A stretch of 63,380 bases of DNA, filler included, from Blastocystis sp. subtype 4 (lineage: Eukaryota): NCBI RefSeq assembly GCF_000743755.1. It is 4 parts of 4 records of this genome, joined end to end, with 100 filler letters (N's around TTAATTAATTAA, not from the genome) between each part and the next. Parts side by side here need not be neighbours in the genome. Positions count along the whole stretch, not along the records: positions 48,357 to 63,380 come from NW_014569290.1; 3 more parts are not named here. One strand, written 5' to 3'. Below, in pieces: positions 51,955 through 63,380 of this stretch. The stretch's first letter is position 1, and each line of letters starts with the position of its first letter. The notes under the pieces were generated by a model. That model saw nothing but the letters and a program-made list of their open reading frames with translations, was not told where the DNA came from and did no database searches. The position numbers and the translations under genes are program-made.

Positions 51955-52344
51955 TTTGACACTATTCGCTCTCCAGAAATCAGTGTGATTATTGTCATGA
52001 CAAAAATCGAGCTCTTTTCAGTTGTCAATCATTCTTGGATAGTATTGTTTTCATGAATGAATTGAAATTTCTGAAATAGTATGTTACAACAAATAGCTAT
52101 TGTTGCTAATCAATTATACAAGAAATCACATTGTCCCCAAAGATAAGGAAGTGAATTATTAGTCCAAAATGCAATGACAAAGTGATTTAGATTGTTGATG
52201 AAGCAGGAACACAAGATGACTCCTAATAGAATTCCATTAATTGGAACTATATGAGGCGTTTAGGAAGGGACATTTGGGAGTATGGGCTAATTGCGACCCC
52301 CAGAACCCAATTGTCAGAACAAACTCCTCAATCCTCTTGAGGGA

Positions 52345-55300
52345 ATGGAAGTTGCAGAAATCAAAGAGGCTGAGTTCCTAACAATTTCAGAGAGTCTTCG
52401 GATTTTGAAGTCCGATAGGATGTAATGACGATTTCTTTCTATGATTTGTATAGTTGCAATTCTGATGAATCATTTATTCGAGGAATGGAGGGACAGGGAT
52501 CTTCAGCGTCTAAAGAGCTTTCGAAGGCCCTGAAAGGAGTTAAATTATGGTATATCAAGCAGTGTACACAACAAAGTGATGAAACGGTGATGCGTGATTT
52601 GCTACTTCCTTTTATGGAACCCATTATTCTTCGAAATAAGGTATGAGGATGTGAAATCAAATATTGTAATTAGGGGGAGTACAGTCCGCAATTCAGTCGT
52701 TACCGTCGCTTCATTCTATGGTCATTTATTTGCTTGTATTCTAAAGATCTTTCTGTATTATTTCGTTCCTGGATTCAGATGGATCCAGACAACAAGTAGT
52801 TGTTGCTTAATCCCATAACACATAGACTGTGGATTTTCCAGGTATTTACGGTGTTGTGTTCCATTTACGAGAACTGTAATCTGATCTACGCCATTCAACA
52901 TAAGGAGACTCCCAAAGCTCCCTCACCACTCATCCAAGTTCTTGAAGAACAGAAATTGGATGTAGTGATATTGTTTGAGTCTCAATGATAGAATCACTCC
53001 TTTGATGAAACTGTTCTCCGGAGTCATCCATTTGATTCTCTCCCAACTTTGCATACAATTACATTATCCATTTTAGCATCCCACCCAGAAGAAGTAAATC
53101 ATCGTTGGCTTCTTCCTGTATTCAACGGGTCTGTTTATCTATTACGTCATCTCGTTGATGCAGGTATTGGTTCTTGTACTCGTTCTCTCCTCACTGAATA
53201 CAAGTCTTGTATGCATTACTTCACTGTAGCGTGAGGGTGTGATCATTGGATGAGGAATAGTGTTCAAGGAGGAAAGAATCCTTTGATACAAGACCTACAA
53301 CGATGCGTAGAACATACTCATCAGTATTATGAATCTCTTCTTAAACAAGTGGAAGAACAAAATCATTGGGCTGATGAATCAAAGTGAGAGATGGTATGAT
53401 CGTATCATTCTAGAAGATATATGCTTGCAGAACACATTCAATCAATCATGCAATGTTGTATTCAAGATTATTCTCTATTTCTTCCTGATCTATCTCTACG
53501 GACGACTGCATCAACTTGTTCTTCTTCAGCTGTTTCTCTTCTTCAAGGTCTTCTGAATACTGTTATCGTTCTTCCTATTTTTCACCTCTAGGGAGAAATA
53601 AAGGATGAGAAGGATAAAGTAACCTACTATTCTCTGTTACGTGTTCTTCTGACTAAGCTTGCTCGTCTGAGTGATTCTCAACTTCATCAGTTCGCTTCTT
53701 CCCATTGTCATGAACTCCTCTCATTGAGTATGACTACTACACGTGGCTTCAAGGATATCAGTGGTACTCCCAAAGAACTTCGATCCTCCTTGATGGGAGA
53801 TGTGTTTAGCATTGCTGCTGGACTAGCTCGTTGTGCCATTGCTGAAGCAGCTCCAAGTGCTTTAGCCGATTACACGGAGACTCTTCTTGGAGATAGTGAG
53901 ATTGATACGAATCCAAGTCGTGAAACGACTGCTGCTATTCTTTCAGTTTGCATGGAACGAGAACCACTGTCTGTGTTACACACACTTCTCAATCGCTTGG
54001 GTCCAACGACATCGATAACTATCATTGTAACAATTGGTGAGTTTTGTAATCATTCTTCAAAACCACTCTCTGAAACATTCTCTCGAGAACTCTCTCAAGC
54101 ATTACCTCGTCTAATTAGTATGAACAAACAAGTCACATATCGTCTTCTTGATACATTCACACAAATTGTTCGTTGTCTTCGTATATCATGAATCTCATTG
54201 TCACATATAGCTGTGTCTTCTGTTCTTACTCAATTATGCATTCCTAAACCTCCCTTACATGCTCAAGAGACCTATATTGCATGTATCCAAGCTGCTCTTC
54301 AAGAAGGAGCCACTCAGCCTGATCAAGTTGATATTGTGTGTCATCATCTCCTTTATGACTCTCTGTTGCGTTGAAGAATTCTTATGATTTATAGACTTGT
54401 GACGCAGCAAGCCATTAAGAAATGGAATGCGACGGATCATGAGACCTATCCATTACTGGCTGAAGCTCTATGGCGCTCTCTGAATGAAACTCCTTCTCTT
54501 CAATCTGAAGTTGCATCAATTCTTCCACTTGTTGGAAAGCCTTTGTTCCATCTCCTCTCTCAAGCTATCACACAGTCATCTCAATCTGTGATTCAAGAGT
54601 CCATTCACTTATTACCATATGAAGTATTGGCCAAGTACCCACCAGATATGGTGGAATCTCTCCTTCCTCCAACAGAGTTGATTACTGTTGGATCTCTACA
54701 TGATCAGATCGCCTCATTCCCATTTCTCCTCCAGACAATTCTACATGGTATCTTTATTCAGCACCAGCGTACTACCATTGAAACAGAGATTCAAGCTCTT
54801 CTTTGTTTCCCTATCTCTCTAATAGAACCCTTATTGTTTATCATCCTTCAGTGTCTTGATAGTTGCTTACGGTTTAATTCTTATAATACTGTTATTGAAC
54901 TGTTCGTAACTATCCCTTCACAAGAAGAGACCGTTTCTTCAAAACCTGTTATCACTTCCATTCTCTCATCAGAACAGAAGTCCATGATTGAATCCACACT
55001 AATCCTCCTCCCTTGTACTTTGATTCAAGACCGTTCTGATCTCTCAAAATCCTCACTTATCCAATTCAGTGATTCATTATACCGTGTCCTTCGTTTCTAC
55101 AACGAGAAGTCATCTTTGATTCCATCTCGAATAACAGAACTGGATTCAACACAAGAACAACGCCGAGAGAATGCAATCCAAGTGATCCAAGGAATAGGAG
55201 CACCTATCCTAGTTGAGTTATCTCGAATGAAGATTAAAGTACTTACTTCCACTCCATTCTTAGATCGTTTTGTTGCAGAACTGACGACCTATTGTAATGA

Positions 55301-55834
55301 CAATCAATCAACCTTTGGCTTATCTCTTATTCTCTTCTACTGTCGTTATCTTGGGGAGAAACTTGATGAATCACATGTTCCATATTTATTTGATCGTCTG
55401 CTTCCTTCTTTTCTTGAATTAGCTCAGAAACCAGTGTGTGAATCGATTGAATGTAGTTTTGAAAAGGTGATAATCAATTCATTCCCTAACGATTAGACTC
55501 TTCTGCTATTCATTGTTCGAAATATTCCAAACGATACACAAGTTGCGTCAATTCTCGATGCATTCGCAGAGCGGCTTGAAAGAGCAGAACATGTAAAAAT
55601 GAAGATTCTTTACTATCATAGGATAATAATGACTTATTCCAGTTCCTACGTACTGTTATTTTATGTAGACAACAGGCAGTTAAGTTGGTTAAACCAACAA
55701 CGTATTTGAGAATCAAAAAGCATGCTCATTTTGGTGGAGTAACATATAGATTCTTGGATACTGTACTTTATCATACAGAAGATACCGATGCTTATCTTGC
55801 ACTCCAACGAATATGTTCGACTTTAAATATGTGA
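52345..55834 (+). CDS. Large helical (HEAT/ARM-like) protein, weakly reminiscent of ECM29; start uncertain
   Basis: Chain of Leu-rich helical exons linked by ~30-nt introns; TGA at 55832-55834 then TGTTTGTT at 55842. Confidence 0.5.
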
Positions 55835-55911
55835 TATTCATTGTTTGTTGAGAGTGACACAAATTGGGGCGATTTCGTTTGAACAAAAAGAAGTATCTCT
55901 CTTCTCTTCCC

Positions 55912-58422
55912 ATGAATATCGTTGCAGATAGGTTCATACTGGAATCAATAGTATTATTTATAGACCGATTGAAACGGAAATCAATGGTAGTCCTTTGATT
56001 ATCCGCCCTCTTGGTGCTGGAAGGGAAGTGGGAAGATCTTGCATCTATCTAAGTTTCAAAGGAAAGGTTGTTTTGTTCGATTGTGGTATTCTTCCCAGGT
56101 ATTGTTTACTGCAAATCTATTGAACTTTAGTTGTACAGGACGTGGTTCACTACCCTTTTTGGATACAATTGAAGATGAACACGTTGATCTTGTATTGATC
56201 TCTCATTTTCATTTGGATCACTGCGGTGCCCTTCCTGTTTTGCCAAGTACTTTCTTTTTCGTTGAATGAATGTATAGAACGTATGTTCTTTCATACTGCT
56301 GGTCAAGGTCATCCTTCAACTGAGATTCTGATGACTCTTCCAACTCGTGAGATCATGAAAGGTCTTCTCGCGGATTTCTTATCGATTTCTTATGCAGATA
56401 CAAAAGATGAAGGTATTTACGATGTCAAGGACTTGGATACGTGTGTGAATCTTATGCATACCATCAACTATCATGAAGAACGCTGGCACAACGGTATCAA
56501 GATCACCTGTTATCAAGCAGGACATGTTCTGGGAGCAGCCATGTTCTGTGTCGAGATTGATAGTGTTCGTGTTCTGTATACTCTATTGTCTCTCTTTCCC
56601 ATAGATATACTGGTGATTTCTCTCGAGAAGAGGATCGTCATCTCCCTGCTGCTGTGGTTCCTCCCTTCCATCCAAATATAGTTATCTCCGAGAGTACTTA
56701 TGGTCGTACGAATCATGATAGTCGTCGTCAACGAGAGGCTGAATTAGTGAGTATGATTGATTGAGGAATTGAAGTGTAGGTGCCGTTGCTACCACTCTTA
56801 GTAAACGAGGAAAAGTATTGATTCCCGTGTTTGCACTTGGTCGAACACAAGAGTTGCTTCTTCTGTTAGATGAGTATTGGGAAACGCATCCTCAAATCCG
56901 GCGTCTTGGAAGTATCGTATATTTGAACACTCTGGCCCGAAAGAGTATGATGTTATTCAAAGAATCCATTAATATGATGAATGATACAATTCGAAACACT
57001 ATTAGTGACCATAATCCCTTCGATTTCAGGAATGTTACAATGCCTGATAAAGTCGATGAATGGTTAAGTACTGATCTAAGTAAGATCTCTCCTTGTGTGA
57101 TTCTTTGTTCACCTGCTATGATGGAAAATGGAACATCACGAATGGTTCTTGAAAAGTTAGCAAGTGGTGAAAATAATCGTGTGATTTTGACTGGGTATTG
57201 TATGGTGGTACTGGAAAATGATTGGATTGAAATCTAGGATACAATTGCTCGTCGTTTACGTGAGAATGAATCTGAGATTCCTGTATTGAATGGTCGTCCG
57301 AATGAAACGATCAAAGTGAATTGTCAAGTTAATACTATTTCGTTTTCTGCTCATTCTGACTACAAGGGAACTCGATCTCTGATCCATGATCTCCAACCTG
57401 ATCACGTTGTATTTGGTTCTTCCTTTCTCACTCATTCATTCATAGTTCATGGTGAAGCTTCGAAAATGGATGATCTAGCCACAGGATTGAAGATGGATTT
57501 AGCAGATCGATACAATCAAGGACTCTTGGATGTTCAAATGAGCAGGATTCTTCATTCGTAGTTCTATACTCCTGAGAATATGAAATCACTTCAATTCAGT
57601 TATAACCCTCCCAAATTCGTTAAGATTATTGGCAGAGCGGCGGATCGGCAATGGGCTTCGAATACTGTAGTAAATGGAGTGTTGGTGAAGGAGAATTTCA
57701 AATATCAGTTGATTGATGCTCAGTAGACGTTGTAAAATGAGTTGAGCATTAGAGACATTGACACATTCACAAAACTAAAATTGTGCCGAATTCTGTACCG
57801 ACAGCATTTTAAGAGTCGTTTGGATTTGGCAGGGATCTTCACGATCTGTTCTTTATCAGGAAAAAAAGTTGAATTAGTAAGGATAATGATGAACTGTGAG
57901 ATTAGAATGCTGACAAGACAGCAGTGGTGATGAATGAGATTACATGCATCCTTCAAAAATCCAATAATCACATTTTTGAGTATATTATGGAGTGGTGCAG
58001 TAGTTATGAGAATGATTTGATGGCCAATTCATTGTTAATGCTCATTCTTCAACAAGATGCAAACATTCTATCTCCAGTTGTTCGATATGTTAATGAGTTT
58101 TTACGAATTAGGATAGTCATCCACTCTGTGATATTCCACCTGAAGGAGGTAATATGCAGATTCCATCCTGTGTTCCTGTGGTGGATTCCTCGTTATCAGA
58201 TATTGTCAAAGAAGTATTAGAGGAACAAGTAAGACCTTCGTGGTGTTGTTTATATAGTTTGGTTCTATCATGGAGGATGCTGATGGAAATGGGTGGACAA
58301 TTAAGTTGCCTACAAAAGTCGAAATTCATGTAACTGTAGATACGTGGGAAGTCGATTGTTCAAACGAAGAGATAAAGAAGGCTGTAGAAGAATCAATAAG
58401 TTCTGTTGTCAATTATATGTGA
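55912..58422 (+). CDS. CPSF3: Pre-mRNA 3'-end endonuclease CPSF73/Ysh1
   Basis: [77 protein letters not shown]. Confidence 0.93.
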
Positions 58423-58530
58423 TTCTGTTGTTTGTTGATAGTATTCAAATTGGGTCTCTTTTTGTTCAAGATGCCCCAGTAATTGAAACTCAAGTTTCTC
58501 TTCAAGAGTAGTTCCTTTCATACTGTAAAT

Positions 58531-60594
58531 ATGAGTACGAACGAAGGAGCTGTTCAACAACCTGTTGAAGCAACAGAAAGCAAGAAAGAAAAGGGAGTGA
58601 GTAAAGCGACTGCTCAGAAGCTCCTCGCCAAGTACAAGCTACTTCAGGTGAGACATTTGGATTGTTCTAAGGAATAGAGTGAGTATGAATCGCTGAAGCA
58701 GACGAATGCAAATCTTCAACAAGAAGTGGCAAAATACAATGAAAAAGATATAAATGGTATGCAAGACCAATTGAAAGAGAGTCAAGCGCTAATTGATGAT
58801 TTAAGGAAGATGGTTGACGTATCCTCGAAGGAAAGCAGTGCAAAGGATGATCAAATTCAAGGGCTTCAACATCAAGTGGAAATACTTCAACGTCAGTTAC
58901 AAACAATTCAGACTGAAAATGAGTCCTTAAAAGCTTCCAAATCCCAAGTAGCGAAGACAGTAGAATTCAAGCAGCAAGCACGAACTGCTCAACGTATTTC
59001 CGAACTAGAGGCCGAACTGGAAGTGGCAAACAAACGAGCAGCAGATGTTCTCGAAGAGGGAAAAGGTTTAGCTAAAAAACAGCTGGAAATTGAAACAAAG
59101 GATCGTGCATTGAAAGCGAAGTTGCGTGAACGTAGTGAAGAGCTTGAGAAGACAAAGAAACAGTTGAGTGATGCATCGTTCCGATTAGAAAAGACAACAG
59201 AAACAGTAAAACGTCTTCAAGATGAATTGGCAAGTGCTACAAGTTCACAGAGCAGTAATGGGAAGCGATTAGACGAATTGCAACGTCAGTATGACAATCT
59301 CAAGCAATTGCATGAAGAGCGGGAGAAACTGTATTTGTCTTTGAAACAAGAGTCTCAGGATTCTGCCACATCTCTAGAGCAAGTGACAGCAGAGTGTGCG
59401 AAAGCGAAAGAGGATTTGGAGCACATTCAAGCCGAACAGGAGGTAAGTGTGGCTCATATGAAGCAGATGGAGGAACTAGTTGCTCAGAGCACTGAGGCCT
59501 ATAACAAACTACAGCAAGAGATGAATATGCGTGAACATGAGTTGGAATCCTCGGTGGAGAAACTTCAGGAGGAGCGTCGATTGCTGACAGACCGTTTGAG
59601 CCGACAAGAGCAGGAGGTATCAGAACATACGATCGGTCTGGTGAAGGAACTAGAGAAGGAGCGTCGAAAGAAGACAGAGTTGATGCAGACGGTGGCTGAG
59701 TTGCAGAGTGAAGTGAAGATGTTACGAGCATCAAATACAGCGATCACCTCTTCGCATTCGCAAGTAGAGACAGAAACAGAATCAAAGCTGATGGAAGCAG
59801 AGAAACGAGCAGCAACTCTGGAGTCAGAGAACTCTTCATTGCGTCTTACTGTTGCAGAGAAGGAGAAGGCATTGATAGAGGCAAAACAGCAAGAGGAGTT
59901 TCATCAGCAAGAGAAGGAGACAGAGGAGACACAATGGAAGAAAGAGTTGCAGGAGGTGCGACTTGAACTGGCAAGGGAGCGCGAAGCGATTCGTCATCGT
60001 GAAGTGAGTCAAGCGAACGAAGTACGACTCGCTCAGAGCCAGTTCGAACTCATCAATACAAAGTATGAAGAGACTGTGAAGCTGGTGGCTTTATTGCGAA
60101 AACAACTTCAGGACCAGACAGTAAAGCCACACTCTGAGCCATCTACCCAGGAATCGGTAACGACATCTGAAGTACCACTTCCACTGTTCTCGGCTCCGAC
60201 AGGATCTGCGGGGAATCCTTCAATTGCGCGGCTGAAGGAACTGGAGCAGCAGCTGAGAGCGAAGGAAGGAAGGTTAACAGCATCCGAAACGGCATTAGAG
60301 AGACTCCGTCGAGACACAGAACGGAGTGCAAGTGAGTTGCTGGATTTGAAACGAGAGAATGATGAGTTGATGAAACAAGTTGTTAGTATGGAGAGTTTGA
60401 GAGAGGAATACAAGACTTGTGTTCTGAAGTATAATAAGATGGTTGAAGAATACGATACGATGCGTTCAGATTTAATGGATATGCGGGATGAACGAGTTGA
60501 TGATGAAAATGAGTGTAATATATAGGACTTATACAAACAACAGTTAAAACAGGCATTTTCTCTTCCACGAAGTGAATCTGTCGAGAGTCAGTGA
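58531..60594 (+). CDS. TMF1: Golgin TMF1/Sgm1-like coiled-coil protein
   Basis: LEEGKGLAKKQL...LKAKLRE (TMF DNA-binding-like region) and C-terminal MRSDLMDMR...DLYKQQL. Confidence 0.75.
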
Positions 60595-60721
60595 TTTAAT
60601 GTACTATAGTTGTGGGATGTTTGTTATATGACTCCAAAATAGGTTCGTTTTTTGTGATTTGCCTTATTGTACATAATAGATCCTATTCTCTATATACGGA
60701 TCTTGTTTATCTTAGAATACT

Positions 60722-63240
60722 ATGCTGTATACAGAGAAAGAGAAATACAAATCAAGAGAATCGTAGTGATGTAACAAGTCGGTGAAGTCTAGAAGAACGA
60801 TCTTCTCTCTTGTAACCATAGTTTTATTCGCATTACGAGCATGGATAATGTTCTACTTGATGCACTTAGCTTCCTCGGGGGTTTATTCGGTTCTTACCAT
60901 TTCTTTCTTTCTCTGCGTAATAACAGCACTCATGTTCTTTGGTTCGTGTGATTGCTAGAGATGATGAATAGGTTGGTCTCTCTCCTCAAAACAATATGCA
61001 ATCAGTTCATTGTTTTCATACTGGAAGATTGTTATTGTATGTGCAGCGCTCAAATCACTTCAAATGTATCTTTGGGTTGGTGCTTTGGCATCATGTGGTC
61101 CTGTGATATTTGTGTTCTTTGAACAGAGTCCCAAAGTTGCGTTTGTGATCGTAGGATTGATTGCTCATTCGTACTCCAGCAATCGTATTCGTTATTAATA
61201 TTTGAGACTGTAGGATTGATCTATCTCCTTGGAGTGATTATTACATTGGGTGGTTATGCAATTTCCATTTTCGGTCTTCCTCATCTGTCAGTAGAACTTC
61301 CAGAAACCGTGTATTCCTCTCTAAACGATATGAAAGTACTCACTATGATATTAACTAATTCACAGCTGATTGAATCACCTCAACCCCTCCGAGGAGTGAT
61401 ATTCAGTGTGATTGCAAGTATATTACTGTTAGAATGGTTCATAGGAAGGTTTTTTGAGCATCTTTTACAATTACTTGACACATCAAATCTCTCATATTAA
61501 TGGAGCTCCTTATCGACTCCAATCCGTTTGTTATACTCTTGCATGTATCTTCTATGTCATTTTGACCCAAATCACACATATTCCTCTGATTTCTGCCATT
61601 CCAGATTTCAACACGATTATCAGTCTGTGTATTGTTTCATTCATCTGCATTGTATCAATGTTCTACCTACATACACTCACCTCTCAATTTATCTCTGAAC
61701 GCAGTACTACTCGTCTTGGTCACTACACTTCACTTCTAGCCGTGATTCTCCTAGACACAACCCAACCTCAAAGAACCGTGATAATGAAGAGAATGATTGA
61801 CTTTCTAGGTGACGAATGCCTTACTGATCTGTTCGTTAGTCATTTCAATAGGCTTTTACTGTCTGAATGTTCCTCAGAAGCGAGTAAAGAAGACATCACA
61901 TTCAGGTTCTCCTATCATTCGAGTAGAAGCAGTGTTGACAATTAACCATAGTTTTTGAAGTTCGTATTCCATTCTCATAGTTCCAGACGTATCTTTGTTT
62001 ACCTCCTTATCAATCTGAGCTTTATGGTTGTAGAATTCCTTGTTGGTATGTGTCTATGAGATGAATGAAGGATAGGTATTTGGAACAACTCACTTGGTCT
62101 GATTAGTGATGCTGGACATATGTTATTTGACAGTAGTGCATTGATTATTGGGTTAATTGCTTCATATATGGCTGATTGGCCACCTTCACCTACATATCCA
62201 TTTGGATATAAGCGTGTTGAAGTGTTATCTGGGTTTGTAAATGGTGTCTTTCTAGTGTTTGTTGGTGGGAGTGTTGCCTTGGAAGCGATTGAACGAATGA
62301 GGGAACCTCCTGATGTAGGAGAGTGGATGAATGTTGAATATAGGTAGGAGAGGATCAATTAATGATCACTTCAGTTGGAGGATTAGTTGTGAATTTGATT
62401 GGATTGGTCTTTTTCCATGATGTGGGACATGCAGGGCATGATCATGGTCACAATCATGAACATGATCATGATCACTGTCATGGTCATGATCACTGTCATG
62501 AACATAATCACGACCACGAATCTCATCATGATCATCATGCTCATGTATCACATTATTCCTTTCTTTACTCATAGAATGATAACATGCATGGAGTATTCCT
62601 TCATGTTCTTGCTGATACACTTGGTAGTGTAGGAGTGATTATCTCAACCTGCTTGATTCAACGTTATGATCTTCGTATCGCTGATCCAATTTGTGCCTTC
62701 ATTATTTCTATTCTCATTCTTATGTCTGTGTTCCCTCTGGTATCTCATTCTTCACGTGTTCTGATCCACCAATCACCTCCTTCAAAACAACTTCAATGGA
62801 CAAGCCTTCAGCAAACGATCTGTGGACTTAATGGAGTTGTGGGAGTGGCTGATTGCCATCTGTTTTCATATACAGGAGAACAGAATGTGTGTTCATTACG
62901 TGTGGGCGTGAAGAAAGATAATGAAGAAGAAGTGTTGCATACTGTCGAAGAATTGCTAAATGAAATGGGATTAACTGAACATACAGTACAAGTTGAAGTG
63001 GCAGAGAATTCAAATGAGTTTATGGAATTGAAAAATGAGCCTTCTTCTCTTGTACATCATCATGATCATTCACATGATCATGTGACAGAAGAACAGCCGA
63101 TTTCTGTCATTCCAATGAAACGTGATACATTGAATTCACGTCAGCGTTTATCTTTAGATCGTCACTCCGGAGAGTCAACCTTACGGCATTCCCTACCGCG
63201 GGAGTCGAAGCTTCTAATCAGTCGTGGTAAACTAGATTAA
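60722..63240 (+). CDS. CDF zinc transporter of ZnT5/Msc2 type with an extended N-terminal TM region and His-rich loop
   Basis: NSLGLISDAGHMLFD, YPFGYKRVEVLSGFVNG, His-rich loop, NMHGVFLHVLADTLGSVGVI. Confidence 0.9.
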
Positions 63241-63312
63241 AGTATTTTTCATTTGTTTGTTCATATCTTGATTCATTCTATCAACAAATACCTTAAATAA
63301 TCATAAATCAAC

Positions 63313-63380
63313 TCATTCTTCCTTAAACACAAATCGCTGCTTATCCACATAGTGAATGTCCTTGATAGCCTGAGCGATCA
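63313..63380 (-). CDS. C-terminal fragment of an unidentified gene
   Basis: IAQAIKDIHYVDKQRFVFKEE* with a motif variant (TATTTGTT) near 63283. Confidence 0.45.
   Translation of the reverse strand, partial: IAQAIKDIHYVDKQRFVFKEE

Noticed and set aside
60487..60525. Possible GA-AG intron in TMF1
   Set aside because: A canonical 30-nt GT-AG intron (60496-60525) keeps the frame.

Overview
Eukaryotic, gene-dense genomic DNA that looks like the gut stramenopile Blastocystis. This is inferred from the ~30-nt introns, the TGTTTGTT 3'-end motif, stop codons apparently completed by polyadenylation, and genes for a mitochondrion-related organelle. The window is four contigs of about 16 kb joined by artificial N44-TTAATTAATTAA-N44 spacers, so gene adjacency across the spacers is meaningless. 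About 33 complete or partial genes were reconstructed by hand-splicing. Recognisable ones include a helicase-less Dicer-like protein, AKTIP/FTS, DASH subunit Dad1 (absent from the ORF track), TPLATE, Mot1/BTAF1, CCDC115, SCYL2, SRP72, PFKFB, Hook, ISCA1, UAP56, an insulysin, mitoferrin, mitochondrial AspRS, CPSF73, TMF1 and a ZnT5-like transporter. Most notable: (1) a pseudo-TBC + PDZ + PH-GRAM + active myotubularin fusion; (2) a Dicer with Asp->Asn at an RNase IIIb metal ligand; (3) tiny U12 introns with AT-AG and AT-AC ends; (4) poly(A)-generated stop codons; (5) a pair of unannotated MIT-like paralogs; (6) a membrane protein with a split phage-cement-like domain. All family calls come from motif recognition, not database searches, and gene starts are approximate where noted.
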